Shown here piece by piece: positions 63,494 to 64,000 of a stretch of DNA of 64,000 bases. Origin of the DNA: Porticoccaceae bacterium (lineage in GTDB: Bacteria; Pseudomonadota; Gammaproteobacteria; Pseudomonadales; Porticoccaceae); assembly GCA_049612225.1 (NCBI GenBank), contig JBMZBJ010000001.1:310885-374884 (forward strand), read 5' to 3'. Positions within the stretch are counted from its first letter, which is position 1. Each line of letters begins with the position of its first letter. The notes beneath the pieces are model-generated. The model was not told the origin of the DNA and did not search any database. It was given only the letters and a program-made list of their open reading frames with translations. A program made the translations under genes and the position numbers.

Positions 63494-64000
63494 GGTTCTT
63501 GGCCAGCGATCGGGCGGCCACCGCCATCGACAGGCGGCGCTCTGATGACTGACAAAAGAACTGCATCTGCTCCGCCAATAACTGGGGACTCAAATCGCGC
63601 TCTTGCACTAGTTTGGCGGCATCGCAGTTCACCAATAACTCACCATTGGTGGTCTGATGATCATCGATGGCATAGGGAAAGGGAATCAACAGCGAAGCCA
63701 AGCCAGCCGCTGCCAGCTCGGCAACGGTCAGCGCACCTGACCTGCAGATCACAAAGTCAGCCCAGGCGTAGGCCTCTTCGATTTTATCAATAAAGGCAAC
63801 CCGCTGGAGCTGCTGGTTGTAGTCACCAAAATCCTGCTGTCTGTAAATCTCATCAGTGGCAGCCAAGTGGATTTCTCCAGTTTGATGCAACACCTCAGGC
63901 CGCTCCTCAGGGTCGAGAATTGCCAGCGCCTGGGGAATGAGCTTGTTCAGTGCCAGAGCGCCGCGACTACCGCCCAGTACCAGCATTTTTACCGGAGCCC
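63441..64000 (-). CDS. murG: UDP-N-acetylglucosamine--N-acetylmuramyl-(pentapeptide) pyrophosphoryl-undecaprenol GlcNAc transferase, C-terminal part (runs off the right edge)
   Basis: ...[12 protein letters not shown]... and ...[14 protein letters not shown]... are MurG motifs. The frame stays open to the window end. Confidence 0.9.
   Translation of the reverse strand, partial: APVKMLVLGGSRGALALNKLIPQALAILDPEERPEVLHQTGEIHLAATDEIYRQQDFGDYNQQLQRVAFIDKIEEAYAWADFVICRSGALTVAELAAAGLASLLIPFPYAIDDHQTTNGELLVNCDAAKLVQERDLSPQLLAEQMQFFCQSSERRLSMAVAARSLAKNHAAERVATVCMEVARGE

Overview
This 64 kb window looks like the chromosome of a marine-type gammaproteobacterium. Gene order resembles Pseudomonas/Cellvibrionales, but that is inferred from synteny only because no database search was possible. 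Coding density is high, with about 60 genes, almost all conserved housekeeping. From left to right they include: an Entner-Doudoroff block (zwf', eda, glk, edd) divergent from pgi; ispH-fkpB-lspA-ileS-ribF; murJ and rpsT; thrC-hom-dsbC; and amtB flanked by two P-II genes. Then come ubiK, comM, yciH, an S9 peptidase, greB, pdxH, deaD, dinG, pyrB, sbcB and a class I fumarase. The right half holds groES-groEL, fxsA, ampG/ampD, nadC, a type IV pilus locus (pilin, pilC, pilD), coaE, yacG, mutT, argJ and secA. It ends with the distal dcw cluster (M23 peptidase, lpxC, ftsZ, ftsA, ftsQ, ddl, murC, murG'). I found no rRNA, tRNA, CRISPR array or intact transposase/integrase. The one clearly accessory region is an AT-rich insert of about 2.6 kb (about 38.9-41.5 kb) next to groEL. 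It is bracketed by a duplicated copy of the last groEL codons, and the apparent native groEL stop codon and terminator are stranded on its far side. It carries a class II microcin-like precursor with a double-glycine leader, a small membrane protein that could be its immunity factor, and a truncated rhomboid-like gene fused to a decayed ABC-exporter ATPase fragment. It also carries a 57-aa ORF and its own terminator for groEL. This looks like the decayed remnant of an element that integrated into the GGM-repeat 3' end of groEL. Product calls rest on motifs I recognise in the supplied translations. Start codons were adjusted by hand where the ORF track clearly over-extends.
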